A stretch of 64,000 nucleotides of DNA from an uncultured Alphaproteobacteria bacterium (GTDB taxonomy: Bacteria; Pseudomonadota; Alphaproteobacteria; Rs-D84). The stretch covers positions 30,271-94,270 of the forward strand of contig CALXMU010000002.1 in the NCBI GenBank assembly GCA_944389555.1, read 5' to 3'. The notes below the pieces were generated by a model. That model saw nothing but the letters and a program-made list of their open reading frames with translations, searched no databases and was not told where the DNA came from. Numbering within the stretch: the stretch's first letter is position 1; each line of letters begins with the position of its first letter. The position numbers and the translations under genes were made by a program. Of this stretch, positions 8,531 through 17,448 are shown one piece after another.

Positions 8531-11497
8531 ATGAAAAAAATTGCAATTTTTTGTGCCTTGTTGATGGGGATAAGTTTTAATGCAGATGCTGCAACAGCAC
8601 GAAATCCGCGTGGTGTGGCCGAAAGCTCTGATTCTGCGGCAAGCACAACTGTTGCGCGTAGTGCGACTGTAAGTCGTAGTGCAACAAATACCAGATCTGC
8701 TACACCAGCGGCGACAGCGGCGCGTTCTGCAACTGTCGGTCGTAATACTGTGAGTCGTACACCCACCGCAACGACAGCAACTACTGCTACTAATGCAGCG
8801 CGTAGTGCAACTGTAACTGCGCGTGCCGGTACCACACAGAAGGTTATAAATACGGGTACAAGTGTTGCAGCGGCGAATGAGAATGTTGTCGTTAGCGAGG
8901 CTTGCCGTCAGAAATACTACGGTTGTATGGATTCTTTCTGTATGCTTGATAACGATAGTGGTGGTCGTTGTATTTGTAGTGATAAAAATGCCGAATACGA
9001 TGAAATTTTGGCACAAATTGAAGAATTAGATCTGCAATCTTATCAAATGGCGACATATGGCGTTGAAAGAATAGAAATGGGCGACGCTGCAGATGTTGCA
9101 ATTGCTAATGCAAATGCTGTGGCTCAGTCAATTATGGATGAGGCTTCAAAAGAAGAAGAAAAAAAATCTTTGGATTTAACATCTTGGTTGTCTGGCGTTG
9201 ACTTTACAGAAGATAATATTTTCGCAGACACGGAAGGTTTCCAGAGCCCTATTGAAGGTAAAGAGGGTGATGCTTTATATCGTGCCTCTCATGAAATTTG
9301 TATTGAACAGATGCCTGAATGCGCAAATGAAATTTCTATGTTGCAGTTGATGTATGCACAGCAAATAAGAAGTGATTGCAGCGCATATGAAAATAGTTTA
9401 AAGCAGCAGAAAAATGCAAGTGCTCAAAAGTTATACGTTGCGGAACAAGCGTTGCGTGACGCGGCGTTGGAACAGTACCAAAGCGCAAATAAATATGATT
9501 TGGGGCAGTGTACGGTAGAATTTAAAAATTGTATGATAACAACTGGTGGATGTGGGGACGACTTTTCAGGTTGCGCTTCAATAGCGGCATTCGATTCGAC
9601 AAGTACGCGCGGAAATAAAAAAGCAGATACGTATGAAATTCAAGGTACTGTGACAAGTATCGAAATTCAAGAATCTACATATGATATATTGCTATCTAAA
9701 AAGCCTTTGTGCGAAGGCGTTACAAAGCAGTGTCAATTAGTGGCAGATCAAGTTTGGGATACGTTCTTAAAAGAAGTTGCGCCTCAGGTGAAGTCAGCAG
9801 AACTTATCGCAGAAGATAATGCTCGTCAGAATTGCATTGGAAACATCTCTTCGTGCTTCCAAAAAGCATGTAAAGATACAATGGATCCAAATGATCCAGA
9901 CGGCTCATATGATATGTGCTTGACCAGACCTGAAACAATGTTGAATTTATGCCAGGTTCCATTAAATGCGTGTGGTATTTCAACCACATCTGCATCAAAA
10001 GCGCAAGAATCCGATATTTGGGATTTTGTTGTTGCAAGATTGGCATCAATGAGAGTGAATTCTTGTTCAACTCAATTTAAGGAATGTTTGCAATCAGCAG
10101 ATCGATGCGGTGAAGATTATTCTCAGTGTATTGGTCTTGATACAGATACAATTATGCGTTTGTGTCCGTATGATACATTGGTTGGGTGTCAGCAAGTATA
10201 TGGTGAAACAGATATTCGCGGAGAGGCCGTTTATGACGAACTGTATAATGTTGCTCAGGGTATTTTCTTAAATATAGACAATAACCTGTTGGAACAGTGC
10301 CAGAATGCCGCAAATGAAGCAATGATTAAAGTTTGTGGTGATGCAGAAAGTTGTAATAACCTGACCGTTGATGATAATATCGGTGCTCGTTCACTTGAAT
10401 ATAAGATTTGTGAATATAGTAATAGTAATGACAGCTTAGATATAAATTATTCATTATGCAGAACGGATATTTCGCAAATTATGGATAGCGAACTAGGGCG
10501 TGTAGACGATGGCTCTACTGCAACACTTGGGGCGGTAAAACCGTTTGCAGGTGTCATAGATGGAATCATATATTGGGAAAGTGTTGAAATAGGTGATGAT
10601 GGCCGCCTGATAAGTGTTGATAAATATTTAGATAATATTGGTGAGGCCGCCAATGATACAACAGAAACCCAAAAAGAACAAATTGCCTCTGAATTGGCTG
10701 TTTTGCAAAGTAGTATAGATACGGCAATCAATGCTATAGAGGCAGACCCAGAAGTTCAATTCTGTATGAGTGGGCGTACAATTGACGGTGTAAATAATAG
10801 AAATGTTGTTGACCGTAGTAATGATACAGCTGGACGTTTCCCAGGATTGACGAAACAAATGCGTATGATAATCGCCAATGCCGCATTGAAGGCCGCAAAA
10901 GATAATTATTATAAGAAATATGATGAATTGAATGAAAAGATGCTGAAAGATTATGCAACATTGGGTGAACGAATGGCAGAAATTCAAGGTGAAAATGCTT
11001 TGGATGCCAGAAGAGAAATTGCACGTGAAGCATGTGTGAATTTCGCAGAGTTATCCAGTTTACCGAAATCCCCTAATCCGCCAAAAGGCGCGTTTGGTAA
11101 GATTTTGTCGGCAGTTGCGATAACCGCTGCGGCCGTGGCGATACCGTTTACAGCAGGGTCTTCGGCACTTCTATTAGCGGGTGCAACGACTTGGGCTTCT
11201 GGTGCGGTTGCTGCGGGTGCTGGTGCGGTTGCTGGAATCGGTTTACTTGGTAATGCTGGGTCGGGTGGTGCGAACGGCGCCGATGCGTCCGCACAGTTAG
11301 ATTTAGTTGGTTCAAAGCAATTGAATCAATGGAATTACAAGGAAACAATTACTTCAACATTTGAATGGGATACTTTGGTATGTCATAAGTGCACAAGAAC
11401 ACAACAATGTACAAAAACAAAGAGTCCTTGGTTCGGTAATAAGTATTGTAAAACATGGGCTGACCCAGTTGAAATTTGTGTGGATACCCAGTTCTAA
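8531..11497 (+). CDS. Large secreted Cys-rich protein (988 aa), family member
   Basis: Signal peptide; ARSAT-repeat linker; CRQKYYGCMDSFC...RCICS; ANKYDLGQC; hydrophobic Gly/Ala segment near the C-terminus. Confidence 0.9.
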   Translation: MKKIAIFCALLMGISFNADAATARNPRGVAESSDSAASTTVARSATVSRSATNTRSATPAATAARSATVGRNTVSRTPTATTATTATNAARSATVTARAGTTQKVINTGTSVAAANENVVVSEACRQKYYGCMDSFCMLDNDSGGRCICSDKNAEYDEILAQIEELDLQSYQMATYGVERIEMGDAADVAIANANAVAQSIMDEASKEEEKKSLDLTSWLSGVDFTEDNIFADTEGFQSPIEGKEGDALYRASHEICIEQMPECANEISMLQLMYAQQIRSDCSAYENSLKQQKNASAQKLYVAEQALRDAALEQYQSANKYDLGQCTVEFKNCMITTGGCGDDFSGCASIAAFDSTSTRGNKKADTYEIQGTVTSIEIQESTYDILLSKKPLCEGVTKQCQLVADQVWDTFLKEVAPQVKSAELIAEDNARQNCIGNISSCFQKACKDTMDPNDPDGSYDMCLTRPETMLNLCQVPLNACGISTTSASKAQESDIWDFVVARLASMRVNSCSTQFKECLQSADRCGEDYSQCIGLDTDTIMRLCPYDTLVGCQQVYGETDIRGEAVYDELYNVAQGIFLNIDNNLLEQCQNAANEAMIKVCGDAESCNNLTVDDNIGARSLEYKICEYSNSNDSLDINYSLCRTDISQIMDSELGRVDDGSTATLGAVKPFAGVIDGIIYWESVEIGDDGRLISVDKYLDNIGEAANDTTETQKEQIASELAVLQSSIDTAINAIEADPEVQFCMSGRTIDGVNNRNVVDRSNDTAGRFPGLTKQMRMIIANAALKAAKDNYYKKYDELNEKMLKDYATLGERMAEIQGENALDARREIAREACVNFAELSSLPKSPNPPKGAFGKILSAVAITAAAVAIPFTAGSSALLLAGATTWASGAVAAGAGAVAGIGLLGNAGSGGANGADASAQLDLVGSKQLNQWNYKETITSTFEWDTLVCHKCTRTQQCTKTKSPWFGNKYCKTWADPVEICVDTQF

Positions 11498-11529
11498 AAT
11501 AAAACCGCCAAACGGCGGTTTTATTTTAG
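11494..11529. terminator. Bidirectional terminator containing both convergent stop codons
   Basis: Perfect 16-bp inverted repeat CTAAAATAAAACCGCC-AAAC-GGCGGTTTTATTTTAG. Confidence 0.85.
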
Positions 11530-12504
11530 CTCGTCTAAATTAGTTATAACCATAACCCCTTTTTCAGACCATTCGGAAATTCGCGATTCTAAATCTAATA
11601 TGTTTGTCTGACCTAAGTATAATATCGGGCGTAAACCACGTTCGGTTCCAATCGTTAATACTTTTTCTACAGGTGAAGGTTTCAGCTTACCAGACGCAAA
11701 CCATGCTTCGTTATCTGCAACCCAAAAATCAGGGTCGTTGTGCGCGGCAATTACATCCTGTGTTGTGACTATAATCCCGTCTTCTATTGAGAATTCTTTA
11801 TTTTGGGATTTCAGGTATTCTTTTATTGGCAGCAAATCATCAATTTCTTGTCGCGGCTGCTTTTCTTCTTCTGCTGTATCATCATCAAAATTTATATCCG
11901 AAAAAACAGGAACAAAAGATGGTGTGTCTGAATCAAACATACTTTCACTAAAATCATCTGGTATCGGAAAATCTTCAGACGCTAAGTCATTTTGCCCTTG
12001 TTCAGATGGAGTTTGTGGTTGAGGTGCCGCTTTATTAGACATATTGCCGATGTCAAAGTTTGATTTAGGGGCAGGACCTATATGTGCGCGTGCACGTATA
12101 AACGCATGACGTAATTCTGTCGGAAGTATTTTCTGGGGTTCTTCTTTAATAATACTTTCTTCGGTTTCTTCTATTTCTTTTTCGTCATCTTCTTTGGGTG
12201 TGACATTCTCGTCTAAAACAGGCTGCATAAATTTTGGAATCTTAGGCGTAATTAAAGGTTTCTTTGTCCTGATTATTATTGATGTTGTCGCAACATACAT
12301 AGGAATTGCCGCCAAAATCAATATGCCGAAAACAAATCCTGGGAAACCACGTAGTTTCGCGTGTGCTAAAATAACCCAGTTGCGCATGACGAACATGTCA
12401 AAGTTAAAAAGCCATTTTAATATACACCACATAATCAGGATATAACACATGGTCCATATAATGGCGTATTTGTGGGCCTTGAAAAAATCTAGGACTTTAT
12501 TCAT
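11521..12504 (-). CDS. Hypothetical membrane protein (N-terminal TM helices, acidic linker)
   Basis: 327-aa ORF, hydrophobic N-terminus, TTGACA-N16-TATAAT upstream on the minus strand. Confidence 0.75.
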   Translation of the reverse strand: MNKVLDFFKAHKYAIIWTMCYILIMWCILKWLFNFDMFVMRNWVILAHAKLRGFPGFVFGILILAAIPMYVATTSIIIRTKKPLITPKIPKFMQPVLDENVTPKEDDEKEIEETEESIIKEEPQKILPTELRHAFIRARAHIGPAPKSNFDIGNMSNKAAPQPQTPSEQGQNDLASEDFPIPDDFSESMFDSDTPSFVPVFSDINFDDDTAEEEKQPRQEIDDLLPIKEYLKSQNKEFSIEDGIIVTTQDVIAAHNDPDFWVADNEAWFASGKLKPSPVEKVLTIGTERGLRPILYLGQTNILDLESRISEWSEKGVMVITNLDELK

Positions 12505-12639
12505 CGTTATAAATTATAGACAGTGTATAATATTTGTCAATATTTATCTTGGTTTAAGTAAGAATATGTCTAAAAAATACTTTTTTTTATGCGTTGTTTA
12601 GGGTATAATTATAAAGATAGATTATAAGGGGGAGTTCTT

Positions 12640-14727
12640 ATGCGTTCGTGGTTAAAGTTATTTGGTACATATTTTGTTGGTGTGGGGATTTGTGCCTTTG
12701 TTGGAAATGTGTATGCGGCGACCCCTACGGGAAGGGCTGATTACAGTAATGTTGCTCAATTAAATCGGGCAGGGGCCACAACTTCTGCTTCGTCACAACG
12801 TATGCCGACTATGCCGACTTTACCCAACTTTACAGTTGGAAATATGTCGCCGAATTTACCGTCGGTTACGCCAAGTTATCCTGATAACCCTGATAATCCT
12901 GATGAACCAGATGAACCAACCTCTGAATGTCCTGACGGGGGCGTAAAAGATTCTGAATATACCGTTGATAATTGTATGAATGATATTGAAATGTGCATAA
13001 ATACCGGCGCGTTACCAAACGGTATAAATGATATGTTTAATGAAGATTTACGTAATTCCATTGTGAACGGTATGAACTTGTGCGCCACGCAGGTGGAAAG
13101 ATGTATAGCAGAAGTTCGTAAAAATTGTTCTTATGTTTATCGTTCTTCGGCGGATGTTTGGATCGATTTTAATTCACGTAAAGTACAACCTGCTTATTAC
13201 AACTTTGTATTGCGCAAAACGGGTTTAACACCTAATCAGGCAGAAAACACCTGTCTGTTACTAGATGTTAATACTTATGGTTCCGCTTTCACTGCCGTAT
13301 CTAATGCGGGTGGTGTTACGGCTGAATATAATATTGGTGTGGGGGCATACAATAGCCAAAATGGTAATGTTCTTATAAAGAATAATCCGCAAGGCGTTGA
13401 ATTGAATTACGGAAATTCTGGTGTTGATGGTCAGCGCGGTCATTATGCTCGTTGGGATCCAACAACTGCAGAATGTTGGATTCGCGTTGCAGCCTATAAT
13501 AAAGACAATCAAATTAAAAATAGTTGGTTGTTCGGCGCAGCGGGGGACGATCAACCGGCAGAAGTATGGCGTTTGGCGGGCGATACATTTACATGTAATC
13601 GGGATTTGTTTGGTTTCTCGTTGATGAATAAAACAAGTACCGCAGCAGTTGTAGGTATTGGTGGTGGTGCTGTTGTTGGTGCCGGCGTCGGCGCGATTGC
13701 AGGTCATGGTGCGCGTGATTTTGATTGCTCGTTGGATAAGCATCGTGAATTATTGACCGAAGAATTACGGACAGATGCTAATTTCGGTTCAATAAGTGAA
13801 TATTTAGAAGAAACAATTCCTGCAAATGTGGACGTTATGACAAGAAATCAATGTGAAGAAGTCGTTGATTTGTATAACAGATATATTCAGGTAAAAGAAG
13901 CTTTGAAGAAGTGCAATACAATTGAAGTATCTGGGACAGATGTTTCTATTTATTCTCAGGTAGAGGCTAGTTGTAAAAACTTTACAAGTTTAGAAGATTG
14001 CTTTAAGGGAATTGATATATTGCAACCTTGCATCGGTAAGGGATATACCGATTTGAAGCAATGCACAGACTTTGTCGCGCAACAAAACGCAAATAATGCG
14101 GCATCTCAATTAGAAGGAAGTGCGATTACGGAAGAAAACGAATTCTGTTCTTTCCAACCTCTAAACTTGGCTCGTGCTCGTGGGGAAAGCATATATTGTA
14201 ATTCTGGGGAAACTGGGTGTATAGATTCCGTTAGAATCGAAGTAGACGTTGAACGTTTGGATAAGATTTTCAACAGTGATATTGAAGATTTGTTAAGAAA
14301 TGGTGAGGAATCTAATATCGGTAAAAGCATTGCTATTGGTACAGGTGTCGGTGTCGGCGCAGGTGGTTTGGCAACTGCAATTACCGCATTCGTTGAACGC
14401 AGCAACATAAGTTGTCATGTGGGTGACGGTTTGGCACAGGTTGGATATGGTAAGTCTTATTCTATAGAATCCTTAAAAGACTTCTATGTAAAATGGAATT
14501 TGAATTTACCAGATACAATAACACCGACAGGAACGGCCGTTGATTGTGATTCTTGGAAACGTGCATGTGGGACAATAAAAGACTTAAATCAATGTAAATC
14601 TGCACAAATAAACTATAAACCGGCAGATGCAGCAACGATAACATTGGTTCCTACGGCTTGCACAGTATCGGGCAGCGCGTGTATAGAAAACTATCCTGTC
14701 GCAAAGTCTTATGGTGCTTGTGAGTAA
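12640..14727 (+). CDS. Secreted Cys-rich protein with two glycine-zipper segments (695 aa)
   Basis: Signal peptide; PDNPDNPDEPDEP linker; GIGGGAVVGAGVGAIAG and GTGVGVGAGGLATAITA. Confidence 0.85.
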   Translation: MRSWLKLFGTYFVGVGICAFVGNVYAATPTGRADYSNVAQLNRAGATTSASSQRMPTMPTLPNFTVGNMSPNLPSVTPSYPDNPDNPDEPDEPTSECPDGGVKDSEYTVDNCMNDIEMCINTGALPNGINDMFNEDLRNSIVNGMNLCATQVERCIAEVRKNCSYVYRSSADVWIDFNSRKVQPAYYNFVLRKTGLTPNQAENTCLLLDVNTYGSAFTAVSNAGGVTAEYNIGVGAYNSQNGNVLIKNNPQGVELNYGNSGVDGQRGHYARWDPTTAECWIRVAAYNKDNQIKNSWLFGAAGDDQPAEVWRLAGDTFTCNRDLFGFSLMNKTSTAAVVGIGGGAVVGAGVGAIAGHGARDFDCSLDKHRELLTEELRTDANFGSISEYLEETIPANVDVMTRNQCEEVVDLYNRYIQVKEALKKCNTIEVSGTDVSIYSQVEASCKNFTSLEDCFKGIDILQPCIGKGYTDLKQCTDFVAQQNANNAASQLEGSAITEENEFCSFQPLNLARARGESIYCNSGETGCIDSVRIEVDVERLDKIFNSDIEDLLRNGEESNIGKSIAIGTGVGVGAGGLATAITAFVERSNISCHVGDGLAQVGYGKSYSIESLKDFYVKWNLNLPDTITPTGTAVDCDSWKRACGTIKDLNQCKSAQINYKPADAATITLVPTACTVSGSACIENYPVAKSYGACE

Positions 14728-14747
14728 TAAGAAATTAAAAGGTGTTC

Positions 14748-14776
14748 AAAAATCCCGCTTAGATGCGGGATTTTTT
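14748..14776 (+). terminator. Intrinsic terminator
   Basis: AAAAATCCCGC-TTAGAT-GCGGGATTTTTT. Confidence 0.8.
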
Positions 14777-14981
14777 ATGTTCGCTTGTTTTTGTAATAAT
14801 GTAACACTTAACCATATATATAATATCAATATTTAATCTAATGAATTGTGATGAGTAAGAGAAGATATATATTATTTTTTGTAATGTAATATTACTTATA
14901 TAAATCAATAAAGTTGATTGTTTTATATTGTTATAAGTGAAAGAAACCCCACAAAACTTTGTGGGGAAAATAAAAGCTTTT

Positions 14982-17438
14982 TTATGATTGGCAAGAACTA
15001 TTAGACATTTTTACCTCAACCTTGCGGCAACTTTTATCATAAGTTTTGTCACTTTCGCATTGAGATGAACCGACACCTTTTGCAGTTATATTATTGCTTT
15101 GTATACCACTTGATACTAAGGCTTTCTTTACCGCTTCGGCACGTTTTTCTGATAAAGGAATATTTACCGCGTCAGAACCACTTTTATCGGTATGACCAGT
15201 AATAGAAATGCAATAATTTGTGTCGTCTTTCATTACGTTTTTGACTTCTGTGGCGAAAGTATTTAAGGTTTGCTTTGCCTCTGACGTCAGTTCATACGAA
15301 TTTAATTCAAACATGTTTCCTGTGGATAAAGTTATAGGTTGTATAATTTCTTCAATGGCTATATCTATAACTGTTGTCGGAGTTTCTGGCGCTTTTTCTA
15401 CGCATTTTCCGTCTGAATTGACCTCATGTGTATCCGTTGGGCATTCGCACTTTGGTAATTGGTCTTTACTTAGACTATATCCATCAATACATGTACACTC
15501 ACCAGTAGTTTCATCAACAGTTACGTGACCTGCTGTTGTATCACATTTTGCGGTAACTTCTGGTTGGGGCGTTACGCATGTGTCATTCGCACTTGGAATT
15601 GTTCCTGGCGCACAGTCACATATGTTGTTTATTGCGACTTTATCACCCGGACATGCTTCGCATAAATTCGTATTGGCATTGTGAATATATTTATTATTTG
15701 TACATGAACAATTGGGGTAGGTACCAGTTGAATCAGACGGACATTTTGCCGTTAATTCTGTGTCAGGTAGTTTAGCGGTATTATCGCGCAATTTTTTTAG
15801 CGGTTCATATTTTGCAATAATTTCAGCAGAAATTTCTTTTGGTTTATCACCGACTTCATTTATCAGAACATTTCCAACAACACCGACAAGTGCTCCGGCG
15901 CCCGCAACAATTGCACCAGTTTTTAATTGCGATGATGTATCTGCTTTCTGTGCGGCCCATTCTGCTGCATCTGCACTATTTTCATCCATTAAAGCACGTG
16001 ATAAAGATGTAAATGCACCGTCTGTTATACCCGTGGCAGCGTTATCATATAAACCGGACGTTGCCGCATCCAGTACAACTTCTGATTCTATACCAGGGGT
16101 CATACCTAGGGCTTCTTTACGTACTTTTAAATCTGCGGCTAAACTTGTATACTCGTTGTATATAGGTAACAGTACGTTTGCACCTGGTAAGGTTATATTA
16201 GACTCGCCGCCTTGGATGGTTGCACCTTGTCCATAATCACATTTGAAAGTTGCTAAATATGCAGCCATTTCACGTTCGGTATCTGCATCAGCGTTTTGTT
16301 CCGCTAATGCGGAAGCGACTTGCATGCCACCAATTCCCATAGAACCTATACTAGCGGCACCTAGTAATTTATTCGCAGTTGACTGCTCTTTTTCTTTCAT
16401 GGCATCGGCATTTTTTTGCAAGTCTGCAATCTTTGCTTTTGAATCTTCTTCAGATAAAGTTGGGGTTATGCAAGATTTTTTGTCGTTACTTACGCTATAA
16501 CCATCTTTACAAGAATCAATGATACAAACTTCTGCGTTAATAGTGGCGTCCCATTCACGATGTGCGGATACAGCGTTTTCCGGCATAGGATTACAGTTCC
16601 CAGAAATGGCAACGCACTTACCGTTAGAAGGTTCGTATCCCCCCTCGCATTCCGTCGCATAACAGATAGCATCTTTTAATTCGCCAGCAGTTGCATGCTC
16701 TATTTTCGCTAACTGTTCAGTAGAGCAAGGACCTTCACTGACAATACAAGCAGAACCATCGTCGTTTGGTATATACCCGTCATTACATTTTTTTATTTCA
16801 CATATAAGTTGGTTGTTTTCCCATTTGTATTCAGCAGCCTTATAGTTTGGGTCGTTTGCAGTACATTTTTGTCCGACTTGGTCTTCGCAATGTGTGCCAA
16901 CAATAATCTCTTCGCACTGTACGCCCTCACAAACTTCGCTGCTTTTATTAAAGGCTATCAATTTATTATTTCTGTATGCTTGTTTTGTTCCCACCAATTT
17001 GTAACGTTCAGATGCACATTCAATAACATAGCATGTTTGAGTATCTATATCTTTTACTACTTCTTTTTCATTTTGCTTTGGTTCACATTGCTGCACTTTT
17101 TGTGCAGTTACAACAACGGTTTCTAGTTCTGTGTCTGGTTGCAATGTTATTTCAAGTTCATCACCGAGAGATACAATTTGATCTTTATAACCTACATAAG
17201 AAACTTCTAATTTAGCATCGTCAGATATATTATCTGTGTTTACGTTTATAGAGAAAACGCCATCAAGATTTGTTGAAGCGCCTGTTGTAGTGCCTGTAAT
17301 CATAACCGCGGCGCCAATTAAAGGATTATTATTTTCATCTAACACTTTGCCAGAAATTGTAGATAATTCTGCTCTTGCCGATGATAGCGTTGGCAGGATA
17401 AATAATAATGTAAAGATGCTTACTAAATGTTTTTTCAT
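14982..17438 (-). CDS. Multidomain protein: carboxypeptidase-regulatory-like N-domain, Cys-rich repeats, glycine zippers, OmpA-like C-terminal domain
   Basis: ISGKVLDENNNPLIGAAV...LEVSYVGY...LETVVVTA; C-terminal FELNSYEL...ITGHTDKSG...LSEKRAEAV. Confidence 0.85.
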   Translation of the reverse strand: MKKHLVSIFTLLFILPTLSSARAELSTISGKVLDENNNPLIGAAVMITGTTTGASTNLDGVFSINVNTDNISDDAKLEVSYVGYKDQIVSLGDELEITLQPDTELETVVVTAQKVQQCEPKQNEKEVVKDIDTQTCYVIECASERYKLVGTKQAYRNNKLIAFNKSSEVCEGVQCEEIIVGTHCEDQVGQKCTANDPNYKAAEYKWENNQLICEIKKCNDGYIPNDDGSACIVSEGPCSTEQLAKIEHATAGELKDAICYATECEGGYEPSNGKCVAISGNCNPMPENAVSAHREWDATINAEVCIIDSCKDGYSVSNDKKSCITPTLSEEDSKAKIADLQKNADAMKEKEQSTANKLLGAASIGSMGIGGMQVASALAEQNADADTEREMAAYLATFKCDYGQGATIQGGESNITLPGANVLLPIYNEYTSLAADLKVRKEALGMTPGIESEVVLDAATSGLYDNAATGITDGAFTSLSRALMDENSADAAEWAAQKADTSSQLKTGAIVAGAGALVGVVGNVLINEVGDKPKEISAEIIAKYEPLKKLRDNTAKLPDTELTAKCPSDSTGTYPNCSCTNNKYIHNANTNLCEACPGDKVAINNICDCAPGTIPSANDTCVTPQPEVTAKCDTTAGHVTVDETTGECTCIDGYSLSKDQLPKCECPTDTHEVNSDGKCVEKAPETPTTVIDIAIEEIIQPITLSTGNMFELNSYELTSEAKQTLNTFATEVKNVMKDDTNYCISITGHTDKSGSDAVNIPLSEKRAEAVKKALVSSGIQSNNITAKGVGSSQCESDKTYDKSCRKVEVKMSNSSCQS

Positions 17439-17448
17439 TGTTTATCTT

